NCBI GenBank assembly: GCA_031406595.1
Contig: JANOHQ010000256.1
Coordinates: forward strand, 1 to 48,832
Source of the DNA: Chitinophagaceae bacterium
GTDB taxonomy: Bacteria > Bacteroidota > Bacteroidia > Chitinophagales > Chitinophagaceae
Direction of reading: 5' to 3'
Length of the DNA: 48,832 bases
Shown: piece after piece, positions 27,523 through 37,099 of the stretch
Layout: each line of letters opens with the position of its first letter
How positions within the stretch are numbered: position 1 is the first letter of the stretch
Translations under genes and position numbers: made by a program
Notes under the pieces: generated by a model
What the model was told of the DNA's origin: nothing
Databases searched by the model: none
Seen by the model: the letters and a program-made list of their open reading frames with translations, nothing else

Positions 27523-28239
27523 ATGAAAACTTTTTTTACCCTTTCGCTATTTAGCCTGTTGCTTTTCCCCGCTGTGTCAGACGCCCAGCTCAAGCTTCCC
27601 GATATCTTAACTAAGAAAAAAGGCTCCGGCATTACCGAGAATGAAGCAGGACAGGGGATCAAAGAAGCGCTCTTGCAGGGTGTTACAACGGCTGTACTTA
27701 ATCTTAATAAGACAGATGGATTCTTTGGCAGCGAGTTTTATAAAATGTTACTGCCCGAGGATGCTAAAAAAGCAGAGAAAACACTCCGCAACCTTGGAAT
27801 GGGTGCACAGGTCGATAAAGCGGTCCTTTCCATCAACCGTGGCGCCGAAGATGCGGTGGCTTTTGCCAAACCAATTTTTATTGACGCGGTAAAAGAAATG
27901 ACACTGACCGATGCGTTGAATATCATTAAAGGAGATAAGGATGAAGCCACGAAATATTTTAAGAAAAAGACACAGGAAAAATTGATCACTGCCTTCACTC
28001 CCTCTGTAAAAACTTCATTGGATAAAGTGGATGCCACTAAACATTATTCAGATATTATCACTACCTATAATAAACTCCCTACTACTTTCAAAAAGATCAA
28101 TCCCGATCTTACATCTTATGTGGTAGGGAAAGCGGTAGATGCATTATTTGACCAGGTGGCCAAAGAAGAAGCGAATATCCGGGCCAATCCGCTGGCGAGA
28201 ACTTCGGATATCTTAAAGAAAGTATTTGGAAGTAAGTAG
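27523..28239 (+). CDS. DUF4197 family exported protein (paralog of upstream gene)
   Basis: Same motifs as 26704-27393; SPI-type signal. Confidence 0.9.
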   Translation: MKTFFTLSLFSLLLFPAVSDAQLKLPDILTKKKGSGITENEAGQGIKEALLQGVTTAVLNLNKTDGFFGSEFYKMLLPEDAKKAEKTLRNLGMGAQVDKAVLSINRGAEDAVAFAKPIFIDAVKEMTLTDALNIIKGDKDEATKYFKKKTQEKLITAFTPSVKTSLDKVDATKHYSDIITTYNKLPTTFKKINPDLTSYVVGKAVDALFDQVAKEEANIRANPLARTSDILKKVFGSK

Positions 28240-28286
28240 TCCGAAGTCGGAAGTCGGAGGTCGGAAGTCGGAAGACCGAAGTCCGG
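28238..28286 (+). repeat. Heptamer tandem repeat (AGTCGGA) x7
   Basis: agtccga agtcgga agtcgga ggtcgga agtcgga agaccga agtccgg. Confidence 0.85.
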
Positions 28287-28533
28287 AGCCGAGTGTTTTG
28301 ACTAACCAGTTTCAGATCTTTGTGTCGTTGCCTGAAAAACCTTATTAAAGTTGTCCGATTGATCGATTGACTACAAAGAGGAGTAAAATTTTTCGCAAAC
28401 TTCCAGAAACTATACTAACACATTCTTCTTACGCAATTGCATTCTGTAACGTTATTCTTTTCTGTGAACGACCAGGAACCCTCCTTCGGAGTTTCTCGGG
28501 CAGAGCGAAGAGAAGGAGCATCGCTCAGGAGGC

Positions 28534-29424
28534 CTATTCAGGAAACAACCCCCAAAACAGCAGCACCACCCTCCGTCTTTTATCATCTACTTTGTAGTCG
28601 GTCAACTTCGGGTCTGGAAAAGCATCGCCTTTTCCTTCGTAGAGGTATAAGATATTCTTGACATTGCCACCGTCAACAGAGCGGCCTTCGGTGTACTTTT
28701 TTAAAAGGCCGATCACTTCTTCCGCCCTTGCCCTTGATAATTCCTTGTTCAATTCTTTTGCATCGGGTTCGGTCCCTTTTAATCTCAGCCTGGCATGAAG
28801 ATCTTTGTACAATGAACTTCCTTCAGAGATCGTGGTTGCATCGGCATATCCTTTGGCAGTAATGACAAGTGAGAGCGGGAAATCGGGATATTTCTGGATA
28901 AAATAATCGATCTCTTTAGCGGCGGGCTCAAATAGCTTGGCAATGGAATTGGCCACTTCGGGATTTGCGATGTATTTCCCTGGTTCAAAAATAAGGTCCT
29001 GGTCTAGTCGGACCACCGTGCTTCGGTTCATCAGGTCAGTGATGAAATTTATTTTATCGCCGATTATCCTTGATGTACTGCGGGCAAATGACAGTCCTTT
29101 TTTCAATTGGTCCCAGTCTTCGCGGTTCACAACTGTCTGGCCGATGAGTATCTGGTTCTGCTTTACGGCTTTGTTGATCTCTTCGTTCGCCACCCCGATG
29201 AATTTTTGCATTCTCGCATTTGTGGTGCTGTCTATTTCATTGTCATTTTCCTTTTTTTTGCGGGCTGCATCCTGGTCTTTTAATATCCGGCTATGATTTT
29301 GCAGCAAGCTATCAAGCTGTGCGATCTCTTGCTGGTGCGAAGCAGCTTTTTTCTGCGGCACACAGGAATAAAATAACAGGGGAAGAGAAATGATCAGGAA
29401 GTATAATGTCTTTTGAAGAGCCAT
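28534..29424 (-). CDS. Lipoprotein with OmpA/MotB-like peptidoglycan-binding domain
   Basis: Lipobox FYSC, coiled coil, GYAD, NKELSRARA, GKG, RRRVV. Confidence 0.75.
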   Translation of the reverse strand: MALQKTLYFLIISLPLLFYSCVPQKKAASHQQEIAQLDSLLQNHSRILKDQDAARKKKENDNEIDSTTNARMQKFIGVANEEINKAVKQNQILIGQTVVNREDWDQLKKGLSFARSTSRIIGDKINFITDLMNRSTVVRLDQDLIFEPGKYIANPEVANSIAKLFEPAAKEIDYFIQKYPDFPLSLVITAKGYADATTISEGSSLYKDLHARLRLKGTEPDAKELNKELSRARAEEVIGLLKKYTEGRSVDGGNVKNILYLYEGKGDAFPDPKLTDYKVDDKRRRVVLLFWGLFPE

Positions 29425-29483
29425 AACGACGAATTCATGGTGTCTCTTTAAAGGTATAAAAATTCTTTCATGCAAAAAACAAC

Positions 29484-30365
29484 TCAGACCCCGGCCAATA
29501 ATATCTGCCAGGCCTCTTTTACCCGGCCTTCATCCAGCAGCTTTTTGGCGTAGAGATGAAGCTCCTTTTCCATCTCGTCGGGGTTAATGTTGTAGTATTG
29601 AATGATTTGCTTAAGGTGTGGGTCATCAAAAGAAGGTTCGATCACCGGGAGATCGTGTACATTGGCCAGTTGCCCGAGATGATTCCCGCTTAAGTGTTTA
29701 CTGGTGCGGATAGTAGCGGGCAGGGCATCCACCCCGATCCCGATTTCGGTATTAGGTTTTTCTACACGGAAGAGATTGTTCTCGTTGACGACACAGTACC
29801 AGTCGCCGCCCAGCCTTGCCACATGATTGATCTTGCGCTGATCTATTTTACCGGCTGCATCCAATAAGGAATCATCAATATGCATCACCAGCACTTCGCA
29901 GATTACTAGATTGCCGGCACCGCCTTCCGTTCCCAATGGTTTTACTTCGATCACTTTGCACTCCAGTCTCGCCACACTTTCTTTTACCATCGGTGGCCGG
30001 ATGACCGTCGATGGAACAGCGGTAAAACCGGCTTTGATGAATTCATTGCTCTCTTTGGGAAACTCGCAACTGGCCAGCGAGGTTTGTTGTACCATATCAT
30101 AGGTTACAATATTGATCGCCACCTCGGGTACTCCCAATACGTTCTGTAATGTGTGCTTGGTCGTATTATCCCTTACTCTTCGGGCAGGAGAAAAAACAAC
30201 GATGGGTGGGTTGGAAGAAAATAAATTAAAAAAACTGAAAGGGCTGAGGTTGACGTTGCCGGCCTTATCAATAGTGGAAGCAAAGCAAATAGGACGGGGT
30301 GCAATAATATGCTGGAGATAATATTGCTTTTCGGCCGGCTTGAGATTTTTCAGATCAAGGATCAT
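29484..30365 (-). CDS. Flavin reductase (DIM6/NTAB) family protein
   Basis: APRPICFAST, NLSPFSFFN, KHTL.N, ARLGGDWY. Confidence 0.92.
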   Translation of the reverse strand: MILDLKNLKPAEKQYYLQHIIAPRPICFASTIDKAGNVNLSPFSFFNLFSSNPPIVVFSPARRVRDNTTKHTLQNVLGVPEVAINIVTYDMVQQTSLASCEFPKESNEFIKAGFTAVPSTVIRPPMVKESVARLECKVIEVKPLGTEGGAGNLVICEVLVMHIDDSLLDAAGKIDQRKINHVARLGGDWYCVVNENNLFRVEKPNTEIGIGVDALPATIRTSKHLSGNHLGQLANVHDLPVIEPSFDDPHLKQIIQYYNINPDEMEKELHLYAKKLLDEGRVKEAWQILLAGV

Positions 30366-30376
30366 AGAATGATATT

Positions 30377-30865
30377 TTAACCGCAGAGACGGGGAGACGC
30401 AGCGCTAATAAATTAAAATTTATTTACAAATCTTCGGAAACCCTCCATGAGCCTGACAATATTAAAATTTACAAGATAACCCAGTCTTTTGTCCGTCAAT
30501 TTCAAATGGCTGATAATTTGAGCCTCATGAACCGGGTGGATAGCTTCACAGGCTTTAGCTTCTATTATTATTTCTTTTTCAACCAACAAATCAATTTCAT
30601 AGTATTTACCGGTATCGTGTCCTTTATAAAACAAGGGCACTTTTACTTCTGCCTCAGAAAAAATCCCCCTCAGTTCCAGCTCCTTTCTCAACGCAAAAAC
30701 ATATACCGATTCCAAAAGACCAGGCCCGAGCTCCATATGAACTGTAATACACGAATCGAGTATTTCGGCTCCAAGTGCATTTAGTTCATCCCGGGTCATC
30801 TGATTTTTTATTATCGTTATATGTAGTGAATCTAAAATTCTGCGCCTCCCTGTCTCTGCGGTTAA
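30377..30865. mobile_element. Putative GxxExxY element: gene flanked by 26-bp terminal inverted repeats
   Basis: TTAACCGCAGAGACGGGGAGACGCAG (30377-30402) and CTGCGCCTCCCTGTCTCTGCGGTTAA (30840-30865), 24/26 complementary. Confidence 0.65.
30413..30799 (-). CDS. GxxExxY protein (PD-(D/E)XK nuclease superfamily)
   Basis: VH.ELGPGLLESVY, IDLLVE..IIIEAK, HEAQ, LGYLVNFN; start MTRDELN. Confidence 0.92.
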   Translation of the reverse strand: MTRDELNALGAEILDSCITVHMELGPGLLESVYVFALRKELELRGIFSEAEVKVPLFYKGHDTGKYYEIDLLVEKEIIIEAKACEAIHPVHEAQIISHLKLTDKRLGYLVNFNIVRLMEGFRRFVNKF

Positions 30866-31869
30866 TTTTTCTTTCGTTTTAATATACTCCAATCTGTTTC
30901 CTCGGCTATAATTTTATTCTCCAATTTCCCCAACCCGTCAATTTCCATTTCCACCACATCATTCGGTTGCAGCCATTGCTCCGCATATTCGGGGTTCTCC
31001 AATTTCCCGGTGCCGTTCAGTTCCAGGAAACAACCTGTGCCTACGGTGCCGCTGCCGATCACATCGCCGGGATAAAGATCTACGCCATAGGAAGCCCGCT
31101 CAATGATCTCCGCAAAAGTCCAGTCCATATCACCAAGGCTGCCTTCGCTAACGTTCTTTCCGTTTACATTGCAGCGCATTTTCAAATTCCAGTTCGTACC
31201 GGTATGGTTTTCCTTACAGGGAATTTCATACTGCTGTAATTCATCTAATGTCACTACCCAGGGACCGATTGCGGTGGAGAAATCTTTTCCTTTGGCGGGA
31301 CCGAGGTTCAGCAGCATTTCTTCCATCTGCAGCCGTCTTGCGCTCAAATCATTCATGATCATCAGTCCTCCAATATATTCATCCGCTTCCGCAGCTTTGA
31401 TATTTCTTCCCTGCTTGCAGATCACGATGGCCGCTTCCAGTTCGAAGTCGAGTTTTTCAAAATGATCGGGCATACATTTTATTTCGCCCGGTCCGGTGAT
31501 GCTATGATGATTGGTGAAATAGAAGATCGGGTATTGGTCGAATTCCGGGATCATATCCACTTTACGATTCCGTCTTGCCGCGGCCACATGCTGACGAAAA
31601 GCATATCCATCGCGACAGGAAGTGGGGAAGGGTACCGGGGCCAGTAACTGTACATCTTTCAGGGCAACAGCTTTATTACTCGTACGGGTTCCTTCTCTCA
31701 GCATCAGTTCGCCCGCCTGGGCAACAGGAAATGAATCTTCCCAATAATTCAGGAACATACTCATCGTACTGGGGAGATCAGGATGCAACACTTCCATATC
31801 ATAGATCATATCATTGACAAGGACGCCGAGTTGTTCTCTTTCTTCTTTGATGTAGGAAACTAATTTCAT
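30862..31869 (-). CDS. Fumarylacetoacetate hydrolase family protein
   Basis: RDGYAFRQH, LDFELE, MNDLSAR, KGKDF, PGDVIGSGTVGTG. Confidence 0.92.
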   Translation of the reverse strand: MKLVSYIKEEREQLGVLVNDMIYDMEVLHPDLPSTMSMFLNYWEDSFPVAQAGELMLREGTRTSNKAVALKDVQLLAPVPFPTSCRDGYAFRQHVAAARRNRKVDMIPEFDQYPIFYFTNHHSITGPGEIKCMPDHFEKLDFELEAAIVICKQGRNIKAAEADEYIGGLMIMNDLSARRLQMEEMLLNLGPAKGKDFSTAIGPWVVTLDELQQYEIPCKENHTGTNWNLKMRCNVNGKNVSEGSLGDMDWTFAEIIERASYGVDLYPGDVIGSGTVGTGCFLELNGTGKLENPEYAEQWLQPNDVVEMEIDGLGKLENKIIAEETDWSILKRKKN

Positions 31870-31908
31870 GTGTTCAATTATTAAGAGTTGCTAAGTTACA
31901 GTGAGAAA

Positions 31909-31973
31909 GTCATATCCGTCAAATGGGTCATACACAATCATAAAGGTCATATGAAGTCAAATTGGTCAAATGC
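31909..31973 (+). repeat. Seven GTCA(T/A)A units at 9-10 bp spacing
   Basis: Units start at 31909, 31918, 31927, 31937, 31946, 31956, 31965. Confidence 0.7.
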
Positions 31974-32010
31974 GCTTCGGAAAATTGATCCGTTTCTGTA
32001 ACTTACCGGC

Positions 32011-34602
32011 ATGATAAAATGGTGGCTGTTCTTACTATTTCCAATCATAGCTGCAGGGCAAAAGATCGAATCAGCCGCATGGATCCGCATCAATCAACTT
32101 GGGTATACCCCAGACGGGATCAAGGTAGCAGTGTTCTGCGGGAAACGGGATGCAGATAGCATCAGTATGACAATAGGCCTGCGTGTCAGCTGGTCCCTTC
32201 ACGATGCAAAAACAAATGAACTTGTTTACGAAGGACGTATAGGAGAAAATTTTGGTGACTATGGCCCATTTAAAGAAACCCGACGATTAAATTTTTCTGG
32301 TTTCAAAAAGCCCGGGAAATTTTACCTGCTATGCCGGGGAATACGGTCACCAGAATTTGAAATTGGCAAAGATGTATACAAAGGTGCCGCGGACTTTTGT
32401 TTGCGTTATATGCGGCAACAACGGACCGGTTTCAATCCCTATTTGAAAGACAGTTGTCATACTCATGATGGTTATGTGTTGTATGGTGAAAAGGCAGGGA
32501 TCAAAGACAGTACGAGGATCGATGTGGTAGGAGGCTGGCATGATGCTTCAGACTATTTGCAGTATTCAACTACCTCTGCCAATGCCACCTATCATTTATT
32601 AGCAGCGTACCGGGATTTTTCAAAAGTGTTTACCGATGAAAAGCAAGCGAATGGGTTGGACGGAAAAAATGGAATGGCCGATGTACTCGACGAAGCGAAA
32701 TGGGGGCTCGATTGGTTATTGAAAATGAATCCGCGGCCGGATTGGATGTTCAACCAGATTGCCGACGACCGCGATCATATGGGGATGCGGATACCGAAGC
32801 AGGATACATTTTATGGAAGAGGATACGAGCGACCTGTATATTTTGTAAATGGTGAGCCGCAGCAGCGGGGGAAGTTCTTGAACAATACAACGGGAACTTC
32901 GTCAACAGCCGGGAAATTTGCCAGTACGTTTGCTCTTGGGCATTGGCTGTTCGATCCTAAGAGTTCATTCCTTGATAAAAAAAGCAAGACCGCGTACTAT
33001 CACAAGGCCTTCAATGCACATGGCTATGGATTATTGAAAAAAGGTGTAACACAAACTGCTTCGGTAAGATCACCTTATATCTATGCAGAAGAGAACTGGA
33101 CAGATGATATGGAACTGGCGTCGGCCAGCCTTGCCTATATAACGAACCAGCAAATACTAAATGGGATTTATATAAAAGATCTTGCCAGTTACAGGGACAA
33201 ATATCTTAACGAAGCCTACGAATACGCACAAAAAGAACCCATAACTCCATGGCTTGGTGCCGATACAGCCAAACATTATCAATGGTATCCGTTTATCAAC
33301 CTGGGTCATTATGAACTAGCGAAACAAATAACCGGGAAAAGAAGGGACACGATCGTTGGATATTACCGGGAAGGTATTCAACGTGTTTGGAATAAAGCAA
33401 AAGCAAATGCCTTCTACCGCGGCATTCCTTATATCTGGTGCAGTAATAACCTCACCACCTCTTTTGCTATTCAATGTTACTGGTATAAAGAGCTCACGGG
33501 TGACCAGACTTTTTCTGAATTGGAACAGGCCAACTTCGACTGGCTATTTGGTTGCAATCCCTGGGGCACCTCCATGGTCTATGGCCTGCCATCATGGGGT
33601 GATACACCGGTAGATCCACATTCTGCATTCACCCATATCAAAAATTATCCCATCGACGGAGGGTTGGTGGACGGACCTGTATATGAAAGTATTTACAAAG
33701 GACTGATCGGAATTAAATTGTACCAGCCTGATGAGTATGAAGCATTCCAAAGTGACCTGGCAGTCTACCATGATGATTATGGTGATTACAGCACGAACGA
33801 GCCCACAATGGATGGAACTGCTTCGTTGATCTACCTGCTCGCGGCAAAAGAATCTGAGTCGAACAAAGCCCCCTATCCAACGGAGAGGGGGTTGGGGGTG
33901 AGGACGAACGGAGCACATGTTCGTGGTGACACCACGAAAAAAAACATCGCCCTCGTTTTCACCGGCCACGAATTTGCCGAAGGAAGAGATTTTGTTGCTG
34001 AAGTACTGGACGAGGAAAAGGTAAAAGCCTCTTTCTTTTTTACCGGCGATTATTACCGTAACCCGGCACATAAAAAAAGTATCAGGCAACTAAAAAAGAA
34101 TGGTCACTATCTCGGGGCACATTCGGATAAGCATTTACTCTATTGTGACTGGACCAACAGAGACAGCCTGCTTGTAACAAAAAAACAGTTCAAATTTGAT
34201 CTTGCCGACAATTATACAGCCATGGCGAGGCATGGCATCGACATCAGGAAGGCCCGGTATTTCCTGCCTCCTTATGAATGGTATAACGACAGCATCGCGA
34301 AATGGACCAGTGAACTGCAATTGCGACTGATCAGTTTTACACCAGGTACAAAAAGCAATGCTGATTATACATGGCCGGCCCTGCCTAATTACCTGAACAG
34401 TGAAAAAATCTATCAATCCATCGTGAACTATGAAGGGTCCTCGCCCTCGGGTTTGAATGGTTTTATGTTATTGATGCACCTGGGAACCGACCCCCGCAGA
34501 CCCGATCATTTGTATGCCTGGTTAGGCGGGCTGATCAGGCAACTACGCTCTGAAGGTTATCATTTCCAGCGGGTGGACGAGCTACTGGAAGCAACTCAGT
34601 AA
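32011..34602 (+). CDS. Glycoside hydrolase family 9 fused to a polysaccharide deacetylase (NodB-like) domain
   Basis: IRINQLGY, GGWHDASD, DYSTNEPTMD; C-terminal FTGHE, GAHSDKH, LPPYEW, LMHLG. Confidence 0.88.
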   Translation: MIKWWLFLLFPIIAAGQKIESAAWIRINQLGYTPDGIKVAVFCGKRDADSISMTIGLRVSWSLHDAKTNELVYEGRIGENFGDYGPFKETRRLNFSGFKKPGKFYLLCRGIRSPEFEIGKDVYKGAADFCLRYMRQQRTGFNPYLKDSCHTHDGYVLYGEKAGIKDSTRIDVVGGWHDASDYLQYSTTSANATYHLLAAYRDFSKVFTDEKQANGLDGKNGMADVLDEAKWGLDWLLKMNPRPDWMFNQIADDRDHMGMRIPKQDTFYGRGYERPVYFVNGEPQQRGKFLNNTTGTSSTAGKFASTFALGHWLFDPKSSFLDKKSKTAYYHKAFNAHGYGLLKKGVTQTASVRSPYIYAEENWTDDMELASASLAYITNQQILNGIYIKDLASYRDKYLNEAYEYAQKEPITPWLGADTAKHYQWYPFINLGHYELAKQITGKRRDTIVGYYREGIQRVWNKAKANAFYRGIPYIWCSNNLTTSFAIQCYWYKELTGDQTFSELEQANFDWLFGCNPWGTSMVYGLPSWGDTPVDPHSAFTHIKNYPIDGGLVDGPVYESIYKGLIGIKLYQPDEYEAFQSDLAVYHDDYGDYSTNEPTMDGTASLIYLLAAKESESNKAPYPTERGLGVRTNGAHVRGDTTKKNIALVFTGHEFAEGRDFVAEVLDEEKVKASFFFTGDYYRNPAHKKSIRQLKKNGHYLGAHSDKHLLYCDWTNRDSLLVTKKQFKFDLADNYTAMARHGIDIRKARYFLPPYEWYNDSIAKWTSELQLRLISFTPGTKSNADYTWPALPNYLNSEKIYQSIVNYEGSSPSGLNGFMLLMHLGTDPRRPDHLYAWLGGLIRQLRSEGYHFQRVDELLEATQ

Positions 34603-34615
34603 AACAGATAACCGG

Positions 34616-36133
34616 TTATTTTACAAATTCCGAGTCTTCGTAAACGATCGATTCAATTTTTCCTTTTGCATTCTTTTTAAAACGAATGGGAGAGCCGGTT
34701 CCGGGGAGCAATTCAAGCCGGACCGCATCTGCTTCTATATAAGGCGTTGACTGAGATCTCATCCGTCCCATTTTTGCCGCCAGAACACTGTCCTGTATAA
34801 ATATTTCGATCGTACCATAGTCCGGGTTCTTGTATTTTCCGGTATAGTCTTTCAATGGTAGCGACAATTGCCAGGTCCTTTTTGCCCTGTTGGCCACAGC
34901 TGCCTGCTCCTCTTTTTTTGTTTTTTCATAGGCCGCAACTGTTTGTTCCAGTTGTTGGGCATAAATGGCTTCCATATTCTCAGTTTGCAGCCACCATTCA
35001 TAGGCATAGGTGGCCAACAGGTGACTACTTCTGCCACCGATCGAACCGTCGTTGATCAAAACGGCCACGGCGATTTTTTTCCCGGGTAAAAAGGAAATAT
35101 GACTCCGGTAACCCGGAAAGCCTCCATGATGATAGATCACTTTTTCGTTTTTATACACACCGATCTGCCAGCCTAAACCGTACTCCCCATTACCCGTAAA
35201 AGGAGCCTGGTCCCTGACCGTCTTTGTATAACCTGTTTGACATTGTTGAATGATGTCTGCAGGAATGACCTGCCTGCCATGGAGTTTACCATTGTTCATA
35301 TTAACGTTTAACCAGGTACCCACATCGGCAATGCTTGCAAACAACCCACCGGCTGACTGCATATTATCATCTGTTTTATCCAGCCATGAACGCACCGCTC
35401 CCTTGTTACCCGTATACACATAGGGCGCCGCCACCGTCCATTTATTGACAACGGCTTTCGAGATATAAGCAGTGGTATGATTCATTTTCAGCGGGGTGAA
35501 TATTTTATCCTGCAAAAGATCCTGCCATTTTTTATCCAGGCTTTGTTGCAACAGTACAGCATAGATGTTATAGCCAAGGTTATCATAGCTATATTTCCCA
35601 TAGCTGGAATCGGTGAACGTGGTTGCATTGGCAAAGACCAAAGCCATGTCTTTTTTCCCTGATTCACCTGAATATGCCATGCGGAAGGTCAAGGGGTCAT
35701 TTTGCAAACCACTGGTATGTGTCAGCAGGTCGCGGATAGTTACTTTATCCGGCACCGGGTTTTTAAAACTGATCCCCTTGCTGTATTTTGTTATGGGGTC
35801 ATTGAGTTTTATAAGACCTTCCCGGTCAAGTAAAGCTGCGCTAAGAGCCGTAAACGATTTGGTGGAAGAAGCAATATAGAACAGGGTATTGGTATCGGCT
35901 TTTAACCCGGCTTCCCGGTCGGCTATTCCGTACGCTTTCAGGAATATGGGTTGATCATCTTTGATCACCACGATAGCGATACCCGGGATTTCTGGAATTT
36001 TTTCCATAAGCTGGCGGATATACGAATCGAATTTCACGGTAAATTCATTTTTCCTGCTTGTCTCAGCCATTTGGGCCCATCCGCATGAAAAGCACAGAAA
36101 GAGTAACGCACAAATACAGGTCAGCTTTTTCAT
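34616..36133 (-). CDS. Serine hydrolase (class C beta-lactamase-like) with DUF3471-type C-terminus
   Basis: SSTK (SxxK), LLTHTSGL, YDN, HHGG; signal peptide. Confidence 0.9.
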   Translation of the reverse strand: MKKLTCICALLFLCFSCGWAQMAETSRKNEFTVKFDSYIRQLMEKIPEIPGIAIVVIKDDQPIFLKAYGIADREAGLKADTNTLFYIASSTKSFTALSAALLDREGLIKLNDPITKYSKGISFKNPVPDKVTIRDLLTHTSGLQNDPLTFRMAYSGESGKKDMALVFANATTFTDSSYGKYSYDNLGYNIYAVLLQQSLDKKWQDLLQDKIFTPLKMNHTTAYISKAVVNKWTVAAPYVYTGNKGAVRSWLDKTDDNMQSAGGLFASIADVGTWLNVNMNNGKLHGRQVIPADIIQQCQTGYTKTVRDQAPFTGNGEYGLGWQIGVYKNEKVIYHHGGFPGYRSHISFLPGKKIAVAVLINDGSIGGRSSHLLATYAYEWWLQTENMEAIYAQQLEQTVAAYEKTKKEEQAAVANRAKRTWQLSLPLKDYTGKYKNPDYGTIEIFIQDSVLAAKMGRMRSQSTPYIEADAVRLELLPGTGSPIRFKKNAKGKIESIVYEDSEFVK

Positions 36134-36146
36134 ATTCAATTTTAAG

Positions 36147-36154
36147 CAAAAGTA
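36147..36154 (-). promoter_or_regulatory. -7 promoter element for the serine hydrolase
   Basis: TACTTTTG on the minus strand just upstream of the start. Confidence 0.5.
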
Positions 36155-36192
36155 AATCGCGGGAAGCTGCTGGTCTTGAACAAATGAAACCT

Positions 36193-36957
36193 TTAGTTAC
36201 CCTTCATAATTTTCCTGAAAGAAGCGGGTGTGCAGCCTGCGTGCAACCTGAATTCGCGGTTCATATGGCTTTGGTCGGAAAAGCCTGCATCATAGGCAAC
36301 GGATGCCAGCTTCTTGCTGGTCAGGGCAAGGTCAATGAAGGCCGTAGCGATCTTTGTATACTTTCTGAATTCAACCGGTGATACGCCGTATTCTTTTTTG
36401 AAGGCTCTTGTCATATATACGCGGTGAAGCGACAGTTTTTTCGACAACGCTGTAATGTTCTCTCGTTCGGAAAGATCACGGGCAAGTAATTCCTTCAATT
36501 GTTCTGTCCAAAAGACAACTTTGGCAGGTTGATCCCTGGAAGGTAATGCCATGGCGGAAAAAACACCCAGCGGACCCAGGAGATCGGTCTCGTTCTTTAT
36601 TTTCAATAATGTTGCCCACATCCGGATCGCCTCTACATATATTTTCGGATGATGGATGTATTGCCATTTAGTGAAATGACTGGAGAAAAGAGAATCATCT
36701 TCAAACCCGATCGTCAGTAGTTTAACTGGTTTAGCACCAAATATATTTTCATGTACTGCATGCCTTGGTTTGATGACAAGACCTCCGGCACTCGCAGATA
36801 CATCTTCCAGTCCAGCCGCTTCGTTCATGGTACCGTCAAGGATGATGCTGATACGGGATAACTTATCTGTATGCGGTGGCATATACAGGTTGGGAGCATA
36901 AGTAACCCGCTCCACGACGATCCGGTCAAAACGCAGTATTTCTGAATGCCGGTTCAT
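36193..36957 (-). CDS. AraC family transcriptional regulator
   Basis: Cupin N-terminus (PPHTD), R.FKKEYGVSP, VAYDAGFSDQSHMNREF..GCTP. Confidence 0.92.
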   Translation of the reverse strand: MNRHSEILRFDRIVVERVTYAPNLYMPPHTDKLSRISIILDGTMNEAAGLEDVSASAGGLVIKPRHAVHENIFGAKPVKLLTIGFEDDSLFSSHFTKWQYIHHPKIYVEAIRMWATLLKIKNETDLLGPLGVFSAMALPSRDQPAKVVFWTEQLKELLARDLSERENITALSKKLSLHRVYMTRAFKKEYGVSPVEFRKYTKIATAFIDLALTSKKLASVAYDAGFSDQSHMNREFRLHAGCTPASFRKIMKGN

Positions 36958-37087
36958 TGTTTTCAACAGGCTTTTGATACACTGTAAATTAGGCAAAGGC
37001 CCTGAGCATCAAAAGTTAAGGATGAATTAATCTTTAACAACGTTCACAACCACGTAGTTATGAACCACCATAGTTTTGCAAAAAGAT

Positions 37088-37095
37088 TATCTTTG
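37088..37095 (+). promoter_or_regulatory. -7 promoter element immediately before the ATG
   Basis: TATCTTTG, 4 nt before the ATG at 37100. Confidence 0.55.
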
Positions 37096-37099
37096 CCGC

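Noticed and set aside
30800-30892. N-terminal extension of the GxxExxY ORF (MEYIKTKEKLTAETGRRR...)
   Set aside because: Overlaps the FAH gene end and reads through the inverted repeat; MTRDELN at 30799 fits the family length better
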